This document shows positions 11,376 through 24,844 of a stretch of DNA of 64,000 nucleotides, piece by piece. How positions within the stretch are numbered: position 1 is the stretch's first letter; each line of letters starts with the position of its first letter. This DNA is from the human T2T-CHM13v2.0 reference genome, Homo sapiens, in assembly GCF_009914755.1 (NCBI RefSeq), contig NC_060947.1; one strand, given 5' to 3'. Under the pieces are notes generated by a model that saw nothing but the letters and a program-made list of their open reading frames with translations, was not told where the DNA came from and made no database searches. Made by a program: the position numbers and the translations under genes.

Positions 11376-14007
11376 TGATTCTGACACTGTTACAATGAAT
11401 TTGTGAAATGTGGGGCTGCAAGATAGCTTCTTTGTGAAGAAAAAGGAAAATTCATTTAAACCAGCAAAACCTGTATGATACATACTAGATATATATATTT
11501 AGTCCCTCCAATATCCTTTACCCAGGGAGAAAGGGATTAGGATCTCAAGAAATATTTGTGTCTCTATGTGGGTGGAAAGAGAAGAATTACTCTCTCATCT
11601 GAGTTATTTTAGTACTTTTAGATAAATGAAATAACCTTTAAATATTCGTGATCAGAGCATTACCCAATTGTCTCTTTGCCTTCATATTTATTTGAATTCA
11701 AATTAAATCTGCCTTTTAGCAACTATCGAGAATAAGATCTGGCACTTTGGAGTGGAAGCCAAAACTGGTATGTATGTGATGTTACTGCCCTCTTCCCAAG
11801 CCACCATTTTATTGCTCTTCTGGGAATCCAGTTAAATTACAGCTGCTGATATATTGTGGACTGAGGATCTAAATTCAGGCTTTGACCAAGTCATGGGCTG
11901 GTTTCTTTGGGCAATATTTCACTTCCTGTTTTATCTGTGCTGTCACCTAAATTTAGCACTTAGACTATACTCCCCGATGTCTGCAGAAGTTTTAAATTAT
12001 TTTCCAGTGATGCATACCGTGTCTATGCAGAATTGAGTGTGACAGATTTGCAGTAAAATCCTGGAGCTCTCCAACTCCTTTTTAAATGAATTAGATCAGT
12101 AGCTCTCACGGATTTGACTTGGAATGGGTTGTAAGGTGATGTGTTTCCTGCAAAACTGATTGAGTTCTCTTTGGTGTCCTTTTTTTTTTCCTCTGCTGTG
12201 CATTTTACCATTTGGTGGACTAATCAGTTTCTTAAAAGCAAAAGATGGATGCTGCCTTCTAAACCATGGGAGGTGTCAAATGCCTGCTGCATTAAGACCC
12301 TTTCCCCTACTTGCAGGAATGATAGCTATGGGCAGAACTGTAATAGTGTTCTAAATTGAGAAATCTTGAATAAGACATAAATCTAAATTCCACACCTTTC
12401 TTTTTTAATGTGGGCTTCAACAAGCGTCAGCTATAATTGGTAGAACAGCCTGACCTATTAATCCATAGATAAAAATGATTCAATTAAAGAGAAATATAAA
12501 TATTGAAGGTAATGTAAAACCAAATGAAGCACATCACCGAATTTATGTGCAAATAAATTAACTTGAATAAAAATTCTCCAGTACATACAATGTCCATATG
12601 CTGTCTTGGTAATGCTATAATTAAGTCAGAGAGTCATGTCATACTGGCCTTTTCCATCTGCTCTGTGATCTGTTAAGGGACCCATTCAAACAGAATGACA
12701 GCTGACCTCAAAATGATACACTCTACTACTGCCATTTTAACAGGGCTGTTGGTTATGCACATTTTGTCTTCATTTATACTGGGCTACGAGTGTTTTTCCA
12801 TTAAATCAAGTAAATTGGAGCATGTGGTTTTCTATTAAATAGGTTTATTTAAACCAATATTTTATTTTCTGAATAAACTTTTTTTTTATTTTTCAGAAGC
12901 AATTGATTGTATTGGAGACATTTTTGTTTTGTTTTGTTCTAAATTCAAGTGGTGTTAGAAAGAAACAGTGATTAAGAATAGCAAAATAAAGGCACTCTTC
13001 TCTTTTTCCTTCTAATTCTTGTTATTCGATCAAAGCAAAGTGGTTAATTCTTGGAGCCTCAGGATGTTGTGTATGTAATTGACACAAAAGATGTGTAAAA
13101 GAGGAGCCAATATTTATAATACTAATTGATTTCATTTATTTTACTTCCCTTGTGTATGCCTCACTGTCATTCTTGCCATTATCTTAATGTTCTTGTTTCC
13201 AATAGCACTCAGAAAAGTCATTTTAAAGGCAGGGGATCTGGAGCACAGATGTGTCAGGTGTAAAGGCTCTCCTCCACAGAGACATTCAAATTGGCTAAAG
13301 GAAACCCCACGGAATAGTGCAGCTGAAGATCCAGCATTTGTCCATCTGTTTATATCCAGGTTACCTTGTGACAGTCTATTTAATTTCTGGTCCCTGGAGT
13401 GTCTCTATTTCAATAGTACATGCATATTTCTTTTATTAGAACTGCAGAAGGGGAAAATTGGTAACTCTTGGAACCAGGATGACCTTTAGAAGATTACATT
13501 TTTGTTTTGTTTTGAACAAATAACACAAGTTCTACAAGAGGGTTTGCTCTAGTCAAACACTCAACTTCTTAGAGGGAATTTTAAATGTCTCCTATTTGGC
13601 CTTGGAGGAAAAAAGGAAGAAAGAAATAAATTATACTTGCAATACAACAGAGAGTGCTTAGAAAATGGGTTTAAAATATATTACAATTTAAAAACTTTTT
13701 AAAGTAAAACCCAAGCCATACCAGAGACAGACAGTATCCATAGAGTGACCAAGACTGACCCACATAAGAGGCTGGAGAATTACAAAAGATGATCATCAGA
13801 CAGATGCCCATTGCTCTCTGGGGAATCTTGACCTTGGCATGTTGGTTTCTGAATTAATTCAGAGAACCTAATTTGCCAATGTGGAAAAGTCACATAATAC
13901 ATGGTATCTTATTTATAAATAAAAATCCAGATGGAATTTCTTAGTAAAATGTATTTAGGTAAGTCTACAAGGGACAAGGACCATATTCTTTTACTTATGC
14001 AGTCTAG

Positions 14008-14140
14008 AAACATTTGCTGAGCATCTAATATGTCCCTGGCATTATTTTAGCTTCAAATGATGTGTTAGTGAGCAAAATGAAGTCTGTGCTCTCATAAAGC
14101 TAACATTACAGTGTGGGGGTTGTGGGAAGGCAGACAGTAG
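14008..14140 (-). mobile_element. LINE-2 3' fragment
   Basis: 'aacatttgctgagcatctaatatgtccctggcattattttag...gtctgtgctctcataaagctaacattacagtg'. Confidence 0.75.
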
Positions 14141-14599
14141 GCAAACCTGTTATCTGTTCTGTACAGGGCCCAGGACCCATTAATTAGCCTTGCATCTGGA
14201 TGTTGGTTCAAAGATAAATATTTATGAGGCTTTCCTGAAATTGTAAACTTTATACCCAAGAGCATCCTGATGAGCTAAAATGAAATTGACCACATATACT
14301 CATTTCAATGAAATAATGTTTGAAAAATTTCCTTTCATTTTGCCCAAGTCCATATAGTACTTTATTGTAGTGTGGTGAAAAGGATATAGGATTAGATTCT
14401 GCCAAGAAACTTTTACCTGAGGTATTTATATCCCAGTGGAGAGAAACAATGATGCCTAATTAAAAGATAAAGATAGAAAAAAGGGGCAGAGCCAGAGAAG
14501 GAAAAATAGGGAGTAGGGGTGGAGGTAGGGTTAGGAAAACTTTATTCCTGCAATATTCTTTAAATATATAAGAATTTATTTTCATATCAGGGCAATATC

Positions 14600-14795
14600 C
14601 TAGTAGCTTAGTTTAGTTGGTGAGAGCCCCACGTTAGGATGGCATCATAGTTAAAGATTCAGTTCTTATTTGAACCAGTTAGCTTAAATCTATCCCATCC
14701 CTTTAACCCAACCAGTCATGATACGAATATCAGCCACAAATCACAAGCAGTTGCACATTTTCCACACTACTGGAAAAAAAGAATGAATCAAACAC
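14600..14795 (+). mobile_element. tRNA-derived ancient SINE, MamSINE1-like
   Basis: A-box-like head 'tagtttagttggtgagagc', then 'ccagttagctt', 'ccctttaacccaaccagtc' and 'cacactactggaaaaaa', in the order I recall for MamSINE1. Confidence 0.6.
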
Positions 14796-15529
14796 ATCTT
14801 CTTTCTGTATGATCAGTGAGGCATGAGAATAATTGGTAGATTGATGATCTGAGATGTAGTTGATGAGTTAGAACCATGAATTCTGCCAGACCTTTGGAAC
14901 AAAGCATATTAAATAGTATTTTTTTTGTGGGTGCCAATGGCAGTGGTAACATGGGAGAGGATTATTTAAAATTGTGTTTAAATATTCAAAGCTGTATGTG
15001 CTAGGTATATAAGTGAACTAGTATTTCTCTTCCCTTAAGTAACCTAGAGATAGGACTACATTTATCAACGTTCTCTTTTTATCTCCTTCTGCAGTCTTCC
15101 TTCAAAACCTACAGGCTTTTAAACAAAGACCCTCCATGACTCTTATCAACATATCTGTTCCTGGGCCTCTCCCAAAATGATTTAGAGATAAATTGCCTCA
15201 AACCTGGCTTGGTTTAATGCTATAATCCATTATGGTTCCTTTTGGAGGTAGCAAATTCTCATCAACTTCACTCTTATTAATCACCTATCTAAATGTAGCA
15301 TCATCAGAACAATTTCAGAGGTTTTTAAGGCACAACCTTGACTTCCTGTCATTTGTAAATTGGCTTATAACAGTCCTGGCACTCTGCTAAAGTGCTTAAC
15401 TGGTCATTATTCCTCCTTGTACTACATAGCCTTTATGCTGCCAGTAGCCCATCTCGCCTTTCTGATGTCCCATCATATTACCTTTAAAACAGTAATTTTG
15501 TTTTTTTGAACTTTGTGATGGGGGGTTAG

Positions 15530-15680
15530 AGTAGGTCATAGGCTATTTTTGAGAATCTAGAGAAAACAGAAATCTCTACACAGGAGAAAATATACATGAA
15601 CATATGGTTTTGTGTACACTTTCAAGGGATTTGTAAACTTGTGAAGCCCATCCATATACCTCAGAGTACAAAGTCATGGC
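15530..15680 (+). mobile_element. hAT-Charlie MITE (MER117-like)
   Basis: 'ggtcataggctatttttgagaatctagagaaa...ttttgtgtacactttcaagggattt...tgaagcccatccatatacctcag'. Confidence 0.65.
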
Positions 15681-15794
15681 GTCAAGATTATATGATTTGC
15701 AAACATATTTAATTGAAGTAAACCCCATATATGCCTATTTATAGGCTCATAAATGTTATGACATTTTTATTTTTATTTTATTTTTCCATCTAAA

Positions 15795-15953
15795 CTTCCT
15801 CCACTCAGGGTCAGATTTGCATTGTGGTCTGCCAGCTTTTCTAGTCTTCTTTGACTCCCTCCTCATTTTCTATTACAGGAATTTCCCTTAATGACATTCT
15901 TGCATGTTCAATCCTTTCTTGGCATTTGTTTCTCAGAGATCCTAGACTAACAC
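15795..15953 (+). mobile_element. ERVL LTR 3' end (LTR33/LTR16-like)
   Basis: 'cttgcatgttcaatcctttcttggcatttgtttctcagagatcctagactaacaca'. Confidence 0.6.
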
Positions 15954-16459
15954 ATTCTTCTACTACTTCTATAAAAAGATACTATCATATTATAATATTT
16001 TTAGGACTATTAAGAGAAGGTGTCTATTTCTGTTTTTTCCATTTCTTTGAATTTCACTTTAAATTTTTTTCACCTGCTTTGAAAAACGTGATTGTTCATT
16101 AAGTTAGCCACAGTGACAAGTGTATAAAATTTGAATAAAATGTTCCTGGTATGTTTTTATGATTCCCAAATGCATTTTCTTTCTCCTTTCTTTCCCTCCT
16201 TTCTTTTCTTTCTTTCCTTCCTTGCTTCTTTTCCTTTCAATTTTATTTAAAGATTTTTTAAATGTATGTTACACCTTACAAAATCATACATTTATCTAAG
16301 GATAGTCTGAAATTCTTGGTTCCAATGACATTTCATTTGTGTATGGTACTTTCTTTAAGCTGCTTGTTGTTGATTTCCAGGCACTTAAAAAAGAGAATAC
16401 TGTTTGTTAAGTTCCAATATATTTCTGTGTTAAAGGTACAATGGTTAATGTTATCATTT

Positions 16460-16565
16460 CCATGAGTGAAAGGGGTTGTCTGTTTTATTTTCTACCACAT
16501 ATATTCCCAGAACTTAGCACAGTGCCTGGCAGAAAAAAGGTGCTCAATAAATGTGTGTTGAACGT
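16460..16565 (+). mobile_element. LINE-2 3' tail
   Basis: 'tattcccagaacttagcacagtgcctggcagaaaaaaggtgctcaataaatgtgtgttgaa'. Confidence 0.85.
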
Positions 16566-16909
16566 ATAATAAGGCATTAGAGCTTATACCTTGAAAAAAA
16601 CTTAATGTTTTAAAAAGTCATTTAATTATCCTAATCCCACAAGCTTCTTAAATGTTCATCCATTTTTCCCAAAGTCACGTGCTAACTCTTTACTAATTCT
16701 GTCTAAATGGCTATTGCAATGACAGGTATCCCAGGGAAGGAAGGCCAGTCAAAATAACAAAATATCTTTAAAAGAATGAAACTGTATTTCATTCAAGCAC
16801 AGAAATTATAACTAAACTAATAAAAACTGTTTCAATAGAAGTTCTCTGATTATGTTTAAGAAATAGGTAATAATTTATTACTTTTTTCTCAGTTGATATT
16901 TACAAAATA

Positions 16910-17131
16910 CAGTTGACCCTTGAACAATGTGGGTTTTAACTGCATGAGTCCACATATACATGGTTTTTTCTTCAACGAACTCATATCAAAAATACAGTAT
17001 TCACAGGATGTGAACCCTGTGTATATGGAGAGCCAACTTTTCCTATATGTGGGTTCCACAGAACTGACTATGGAAATCGAGTAGAGTGGGTCCTGGAACC
17101 AATTCCCCCCGTGTATACTGAGGGAAAACTG
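16910..17131 (-). mobile_element. MER8-like TcMar-Tigger MITE
   Basis: Terminal inverted repeats CAGTTGACCCT...AGGGAAAACTG, with TA on both sides (16908-16909, 17132-17133). Confidence 0.9.
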
Positions 17132-17219
17132 TACTTAAAATCAATCCTCTCTGAGAATAAAGGCAATAAATAAATAAATATGAAAATAATTCTCTCAAGT
17201 ATGTTAAAAATAGTCCTAG

Positions 17220-17490
17220 AAAATAGAATTCCAGAATTAGAAGGGACCTTAGAAACTATGTAGTTCAAGTTTTTATCCAGTGTAAGAAATTCTTAGACAG
17301 TACCCCTCTGTAATGGCAGAACATGCTATTTTTGTAGGTAGTCTATCTCATTGCTGAGAAGTTCTTCCTAAACACTGAGGCAAATCCTGGTTGTCTGTAA
17401 TTTTCCTGTACTTGCTCCTAGTTAAGCCTCTGTAGCCATACAGAATCAATGTACTTTCTCTTCCATTTGAAAGTGCTCTATGTATTTGAT
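17220..17490 (-). mobile_element. L3/CR1 LINE 3' fragment
   Basis: 'agaattagaagggaccttagaaactatgtagttcaa' and 'gagaagttcttcctaaacactgag...tgtaattttcctgtacttgctcctagtt'. Confidence 0.65.
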
Positions 17491-19589
17491 TATATCAAAT
17501 GGATGTCACAGATTTGCTATTGATCTATCATGTAATTCTATACCAGTCTATACTACCTGGTGTCTGGGAAATTTCAAGTAAGGAATCAGTTGGAAAAAGC
17601 CATTTGGAGATTAAAGAGTACATCCACAGCTTTCTCTCTGATCTGCCCTCTCTCTAGGAAATCACCTCCCATGACTCATTGCTCATAAGGATGTGGATAT
17701 GAAATCATGCTAGCAAACATCCCTGCATAATTGACACTGGCTATTCCCTATGTAGTAATTTGTTTACTATGTTCCTTTTTTCCTCCTACATATGTTGGAA
17801 AGCAAACTTTAACAAGGTTCCTTTCTGAATTCTTATAAGTTCCAAGCTAGTTTCTTTTGTTAAGGATTAAATAAAATTTCCATTCAGCTATTTGCTAAGG
17901 AGGTGAAATTATGTTTTTAGTGATTGGAATATAGCAGGTGAATCAAGGTGAATTAATACGCCATTGAAATTAGTTGCGAAAACCATTCTCTTTATCTTAG
18001 TTCTCATTATAGATGTGTAGGTCAGTAAGGTTTGTGTCATAATGTAGGCATCAACTGTATTATTTTCTGTGAATACCGACAAAACATTTCTTTAGTAACA
18101 AATGTAATCAGGCAACATACCAGATATTCAGTATTCTTCCCAAGTTGATTGGGCATTGCTTCCAGTTTCTGCCAGAAGAGCATCACCACATATTACAAGA
18201 AGCATAGCCCTCCACTCTATAACCTTTGATATTTTGCCCAGAAATGTTGAGAGTTGGAAATCAATTACAATATAGCAAAAATGTATGAGCATCAGCTAAA
18301 GCTTCATCTTTGCTTCCTTTTTTCTCTCTGAAAAATTGAGTCTGGTGATTCTTCAGTTTTTACATGTGTGCTATAGAGACTCCTAAAAGAGCAAGCAAGG
18401 AAAGGAATTTAATTGCTAAATGCACTTGAGTAGATCTCAGATAAGAACAGGTAATCTTTGAAGTTATAAAGCAGCAAGAGACCAATAACTTTTTCTCTAA
18501 CCAATGGTTTCGATATTTGGAAGATTGACAGGCTTAGAGACACTTTCTTATTCCAGCAAAAGAATAAATGTATTGCCAGCTACCTCCCCAAAGGCTGTCA
18601 ACCAAGTATTTGTTCAATATATTTATCATGGTTTATTATTTTAATTTATGCGTAGGTATCTGCATTATGTCCTGAATAAGTCATGTGACTGAGGACCATC
18701 AGTGGCTAGTTTGAGCATGAGTGTAAGTTGCATGTGGTAGTTTTGTAGGATAACACATTTTTAGGATTGGAAGAAACAGAACTTTTCAGTTTCCAACTAT
18801 ATTAGACTAGGAAAATTATACACTTAAAGGAACAAACTGGCTTGTCCAAATTCACATGGCTGGTTCATAGGAAACACAGTGGTAGAACTCTTTATGTGAC
18901 TCTAGTTAGAAGTCCTTATCCAAAAATAATGGAAAAGACCACCAAAATAATTTCTTCAGGTTTTTATACCAAATCTGAACCTTGCCAAATAAGTTGTATT
19001 AAACTAAAGATTTCTTGTATGTAGGTCATTATTTAATACCTTTAACAGTATTTCACAAGGAAAATGCAAACAAACTAAAATGCTTCAGTTTGGAAGAGAC
19101 AGACAAATGAAAAAAATTTTTATTGAGAATTTTAAAATAGGTAAGCAAAAACTACAAATAGAAAACAGCCAGAGTATACATACATATTCAGTTTAATCTC
19201 CTAGACTTCATTCCATTTAGAAATGTGGGAAATTTTATAATACATATAGTACTCAGAGATATTTTTGTGAGAATGCATTGTGATTTGGTGTGTATGCTTA
19301 CAACTAAATTGTAATAATCCAAAGGAGTCTGCTATCTATCTCTAATTCCTTCTGCTTAAGTAACATGTACCAACCCTTAAGCAGTGGCTAAGGAAAGGAC
19401 ATGACAGAACTCTTGATCCTCCTTTTTTATGTCCCTGGGCTTCTTCCTGCCAGGTTTTGCTGAAATATCTCCTCTTTGCCTTAAGACTGTTATTGCTCAG
19501 CCTTATTTGTTGTTTATTTTTTATGTGCTTGCCCAAAAATTGGTCTGTGTTATGACTTTTTTCATTCTTTCCCTTCCTATTATGTTGCC

Positions 19590-19880
19590 GTTTACTACCC
19601 TCCTACATCAGAACTACTTGCCTTCCACTACTTTGAAACAATATTAACAACATGATGTGTATATCTACACAACTTTCTATATGCATAAGCATACACAGGA
19701 AATTTTGTTTGTTTTACACAAGTGAAATTATGCTATGTACACTTCTCTGCACTCTCACTTAATGGTACATTTTGGAAATTCCTTCAAGTCATTTGGTATG
19801 ATACATATAACTCATATTAAAAAAGGTATAGTGTTGTGAGCTCTGGGTATATCACAATTTATTCAACCATTTCCCTGGTG
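19590..19880 (-). mobile_element. Ancient L1ME-like fragment
   Basis: 'gtgaaattatgctatgtacacttctctgc...cacttaatggtacattttggaaattccttc...atcacaatttattcaaccatttccct'. Confidence 0.6.
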
Positions 19881-20350
19881 TTTACTGACTCCATACATTT
19901 GATAATATTATTGACCCACCGTGTTCTTTCTTTTTCTTCTGATTCTATATAGTTTATGCTCTGACTGACCCACTACTTCTAGCTCTTGCTTCTAGTTTTC
20001 CTTGCATTGCCCTCTAGTGATTTCTTATATTTAGGCCTTAGTTCTATGAATGAATTGTAAGCTTCTTGAAGACATACATGTTTCGTATCTAATATTAGCT
20101 ATAGTACAAAACAAAATGTGTCCACAAAGTAAGAGTGTTAGATTGATAAATTGGCCATGGTGGAGTAGAAGTTTTAGAGCTGTGAATCTAGACTAGGGAA
20201 GAATAGAAGAATCTCAGAGCCTTAATTAACTTTTCTGTTGTGTTGTTATTTCTGCCAAACATCTAAATTTTTTCCAAATCCAACTGAGAGTATATCTCTT
20301 CTATGAAGATATTTAATTCTGTGAAGTTTTTAGTCTCTAATAACTTATGT

Positions 20351-20739
20351 TGTCTTAGTCCATTGCTGCTGCTATAACAAGATACCTTAGACTGGGTAAT
20401 TTATAAACAAGAGAAACTTGTTTCTCACAATTCCAGTCTCACAATTCCAGAGGCTGAGAAGTCCAAAATCAAGGCTGCCAGAAGATTCCAGGTCTGGTGA
20501 GGGCTTGCTCTCAGCCTCATAGAGGGAAACTTCTTGCTGAATCTTCATATGTCAGGAGGTGAAAAAAGGGACAAACTTGCTACCTCAAATACTTTTATAA
20601 GGGCACTAATCTCATTCATGACGGCAGAGCCCTCATAGCCTAATCACCTTCCAAAGGCAATACTTCTTAGTACCATCACCTTGGGGTTTAAGTTCCAACA
20701 TGTAAATTTTGAAGGGACATATACATTCAAACCATAGCA
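20351..20739 (-). mobile_element. MLT1A-type solo LTR
   Basis: 'tgtcttagtccatt...acattcaaaccatagca'. Near-perfect TSD TATGT/TATGG and an internal 14-bp tandem duplication. Confidence 0.92.
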
Positions 20740-21224
20740 TATGGCACCCTCTCAGATCATTGATTTTTGTCTCATCCCCCTGCTGACTCTTAGGCAACAT
20801 GGTTGATTTATTGGCAGAATAGAAAGACTGCAGGGGTTTTTAGATCGGGGGTCATTCCTAATCTCAGGTAACTCTGCAACTGCTGCTAATATCTGGAACC
20901 AGGAGGTATCTCAAATGATATATCATCTAATTTATATATTGAAGATGGCTGGGATTAAAGAATTCCTTAGTATGCAGCCCAATACCACAAGCCTATTGTG
21001 AAATAGGTGATCCTTCTTGACCTTTTTTGGTGTAGATGCCCTCACCATCCACCAAAGCCCAGTTCATTAAAGCTTGGGCAACTCTTCTGCTTAGAACCCT
21101 TCAGTGGTTCTCCAAAACATCCAGATTAAAGTGCAAGTTGATTAATATTGAAAACAAGACTCCCACATCATCTTTTCTCATCCCACCTACGTATTCAGCT
21201 TAATCTTTCAACACTTCTGTTGCT

Positions 21225-21475
21225 GCTGCTGGTGCTAATAATGATGATAATTCTGATGATAACAGCTAATGTTTTACTGAGTGTTTTCTGTATACTAGAC
21301 ACATGTATTTTGTATTTGAATCTTCACAAAACCCCTATAAGGCAGGTACTTTTGTTATGCCCATTTTACAAATGGATAAATCAAGCTTCAAACAAGTTAT
21401 GTAACATGATGTCACAAGGCTATTGAGAGAACTAGGAATGTTTGACTAAAAAATCCATGTTCTTAACCACTATTC
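21225..21475 (-). mobile_element. MIR
   Basis: 'atttgaatcttcacaaaacccctataaggcaggtactttgttatgcccattttacaaatgga...ttcttaaccactatt'. Confidence 0.85.
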
Positions 21476-21658
21476 CAGTGCTCCTCAAATATTGTGCACA
21501 GTAATCCCATTGACTGCTTTTAGAAAAACATGATTTTCAGACCTCACTCAAGAGATTTGGATTCAGTAGATCAAGATTTAGGGCCAAGTAATATGTGCAT
21601 TTACTTAGCACCTCCAGGTGATTCTGATGTATTACCGCCGACCATTTGAGAAGTACTA
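21476..21658. mobile_element. MER5-family hAT-Charlie MITE (copy 1)
   Basis: 'cagtgctcctcaaa...gatttggattcagtagatc...cacctccaggtgattctgatg...catttgagaagtacta'. Confidence 0.8.
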
Positions 21659-21666
21659 TTCTGTAC

Positions 21667-21840
21667 CAATGCCTCTCAAATTTTAATATCTGTATGAATC
21701 AAATCACTTGGTGACCTTATTATCCTGCTGATGCTGAATCAATAGAATTAGGGTAGGGCCTGATTTTCTGCATTTCTAACAAGCTTCCATCCAGGAGGAT
21801 GCAAATATTATTGGTCCACAGATTACACTTGAGGTAGAAG
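21667..21840. mobile_element. MER5-family hAT-Charlie MITE (copy 2)
   Basis: 'caatgcctctcaaatttt...atcacttggtgacctt...tctgcatttctaacaagcttcc...cacttgaggtagaag'. Confidence 0.8.
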
Positions 21841-22214
21841 TCCTATACTACATGCCTTAGTGATAAAATGCGAGTTTAGCATAAGAATGAGGTATATTTC
21901 AGTTAAGTAGTGTGTTATACAAATAGATATATCCCTAAAAAACTCAGACACAAATCTTTTCTGTCACTTGAATTCCATTTTCACATTGACTTTCAGGATC
22001 ATTTCAGAGTTACTACCATTATTTATTTTTAGTAGATCTCTAGTAGCCTACCACTTCAACTTTGTCAGTCAAGTACTTAGTAAGTGATGACCTCTTAAGC
22101 AAACACTCAAGTACCCTAGAAGAGCTTACTAGAAACAGAAAGCCTGTCATGAGTCCTCTAATAAAGTGGATATTCTTTTTGTTATATAAATACGAAATTT
22201 GAAAAGAGGAAAAG

Positions 22215-22372
22215 CAAATGTTAGATTTCTAGATCTGAAAAGGACCAGAGAAACAATTTCATTCAAACTGAATTTTACAGGTAAGAAAAGGCAGGCAAGA
22301 ATGGGAAGGTAGTGTAACTAAATTTACACAGGGGATTAGTGGCAGAGCTGGAACTCAAATTCTAGTCTTGTT
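22215..22372 (-). mobile_element. MIR3/MIR
   Basis: 'gaaaaggaccagagaaacaatttcattcaaac...ttagtggcagagctggaactcaaattctagtct'. Confidence 0.65.
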
Positions 22373-22535
22373 GGAGTTTTTATTTATTTGTTCTTGTTGG
22401 TTGGTTGGTTGTGTTTTGAAAGCATATCCTTAATTCCATCTTAGCTTCAGTGTTGGAGATCTGTACTTCTAAGCTGTATTTAAGGGGAAAGGGCAACAAT
22501 TACAGCTGTTTTTCCTAAGTAAATAGGACTCTACA

Positions 22536-22877
22536 TCGGGGTTAGCAAACTTTTTATTTTCTGTAAAAGGCCAGATAGTAAACAGTTTAGACCTTGTGAG
22601 CCATAAGGTCTTTGTCACAAGTGCTCAATTGCTGTCATAGTATAGAAACAGCCATATATAATTATATATAACATATTAATATATAAACAAATGAGGGTGG
22701 TTGTGGACACTGAATTTAGAATTTCATATAATTTTTACATCATGAAATATTATTATTTTCACTTTTTAAAAACCATTTCAACCTGTAAATATTTTTTTTT
22801 TTTTGCTCATAGGCCAATACAGAAACAGGCAGCATACTGGATTTGGCTCAATGGCCATAATTTGCTGACACCTCCTG
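22536..22877 (+). mobile_element. MER58B-like hAT-Charlie element
   Basis: 'ggggttagcaaacttttt...tctgtaaaaggccagatagtaaa...ggacactgaatttagaatttcatataatttt...ggccataatttgctgaca'. Confidence 0.88.
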
Positions 22878-24844
22878 TAAATTAGTTTAGTTCTTCCAAA
22901 CGCTAATATAATTTATCCTCAAGTTGAGCAGGTAGTTCTTGAACATTACATAGAAAACAAGTTAGCTATTCAAAGTTCACTGGTAGGATTAGTGGCATTG
23001 CATGAATTTTGTTTACTGGAAAAATGTAACAGTCAGAAAGAGATACACATTAGCTTATGAGTGGGGATATCTGCTTTGCTGAATTATTTCTAATCTCCAG
23101 AGAGGAAAAGTAAAGCCCAAGGCGTAGGCATACCATAAAACAATTTGTTTCATGATAGCCATAGTAGTCTTTTTGACTAAAAGGGCATTGAAATTCTTTT
23201 AAAGACTTCTGTGAATTGGCTGCCATGCTCTGTGTTACTCTCTGGTGGGTATAGGAAATTTGCTGAAGTCTTAATATGTCCTATTCCTTTAATTCGTGGC
23301 AGGGAGGCAGGAAAATGAAAATAGTTTGAAAGCAACTGAAGTATAGATGGCACTTGGTCAAATACCAAAGGTTTCAATGAAAGTCGTCTTGGTTCATTGT
23401 CAGATCATCCCAAAGAATCAAGAAAAAAAAAAAAGAAAAAGAAAATGTCATATTAGCATAGTTGTTTTGCAAATGTCGGCTTTAACAATGCTCAGGTTAC
23501 AAAGTTGATGCTCTACCACATATTTATTTATTTTAATTAAAAAAAAACACAGTTGGAAATTCAACCAGAATGTTGTCAAATGCATTGAGCCTTTTAAAGT
23601 TTTATTGAAAATGGTGGTTAAGCTGCTTCCTCTCAAAAAGTTCATTTAAGATAATTTCGCCATTTAAAAGGAGGTGAGGATCCTTATAATAATAATAGTG
23701 ATCAAACTTTGAATGCAGAGTTCTTTCAAAAAATAGATTTTCAGGGGAAAAAAACCACAAGAACAAATTTAACCATTCCAGTATGATAGTTTCACAGACT
23801 GCCCAGCTTTTGGATAACCACCTGCAACAGAAAGATAGCTAAGAAAAGAGGACAATGTGCCTGGATGGTTTCCCACTCTATTTCCTTTCCAAAACAAATG
23901 AGTTCCCTTATATAAAGTTATCCTATAAGAGAACCAAGGAAAGTATTCTTGTTAGGGATGTATATGAAAGAAATAATTAAAATCTGAGTCTATTTACCAG
24001 AAGAGATTATGTTGTTTCTTCTATTCTTTATATTGTGATTAAAGTAGAGAGAAGACATTTTTGGGCAAACTTACTAGGGGGAGAAGTGCACAATTTGAAG
24101 TTTCTTGGTTTCTCAAAGATGGAACTTAATTGAAATCAATATGAGAAAAAGCAAAAAATAGAAAGTGCTGTTCTGAACAGAAGAAACTTGAATTAGCTAA
24201 AAGTGTGATATGTGTAGCGTTCCTTGCAGTGTTGAAATGTATTCAATAAAAATGTTTCTATGAAGTAACATCACTTTCCCTATTTCACTGGCAACAGTTG
24301 AGATTCGGAATCACCACCGTTGTTTCTTTTATAGCATCCACTGGTAAATCTGATGATATCTATAACTGTCTAAAAATTATACCAAAATGTTGAAGTGGAG
24401 ATGATAGATTTCATTTTTCTCAGTTAACACATTATGAGAAATATTCTGTGTAAATATAACCTCTGAATCAAATTCTTTTTTCTGTACTGATTTTCATAAT
24501 TTTAGAGAGATATGTAACATTATTTTTATTGATTTTTAATAGACTATGGTTGATAGCACCTTAGCATTGTTTCTTTTCCCTCTTCATTTCTAATTTTTGT
24601 CAAATGGCACATTATAAGCAGATAAATGTACTTGCAACTTAAGGAAATTCAACTTTAATATTTTCTGTATGGTAAAAATAATTTTTATATAAATAACTGC
24701 TTCAATTTATCTCTTCTTAATTTTAGCATTTAAGTAATGCATCTGATGTGTGTGTGTGCACACATGCACACACCCCAAATGTCTTTCAAATGAATTTGCT
24801 CACAGAACCAACAATAACAATAATTACAAATATTATAATATTTT

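Noticed and set aside
14600-14680. Possible tRNA gene
   Set aside because: No cloverleaf or intact T-arm/B-box; better explained as a decayed SINE head.
22270-22286. TTTTACAG|GTAAGA recursive-splice-like motif
   Set aside because: It lies in the antisense MIR core ('ttttacagatgaggaaa' type) and has a short pyrimidine tract.
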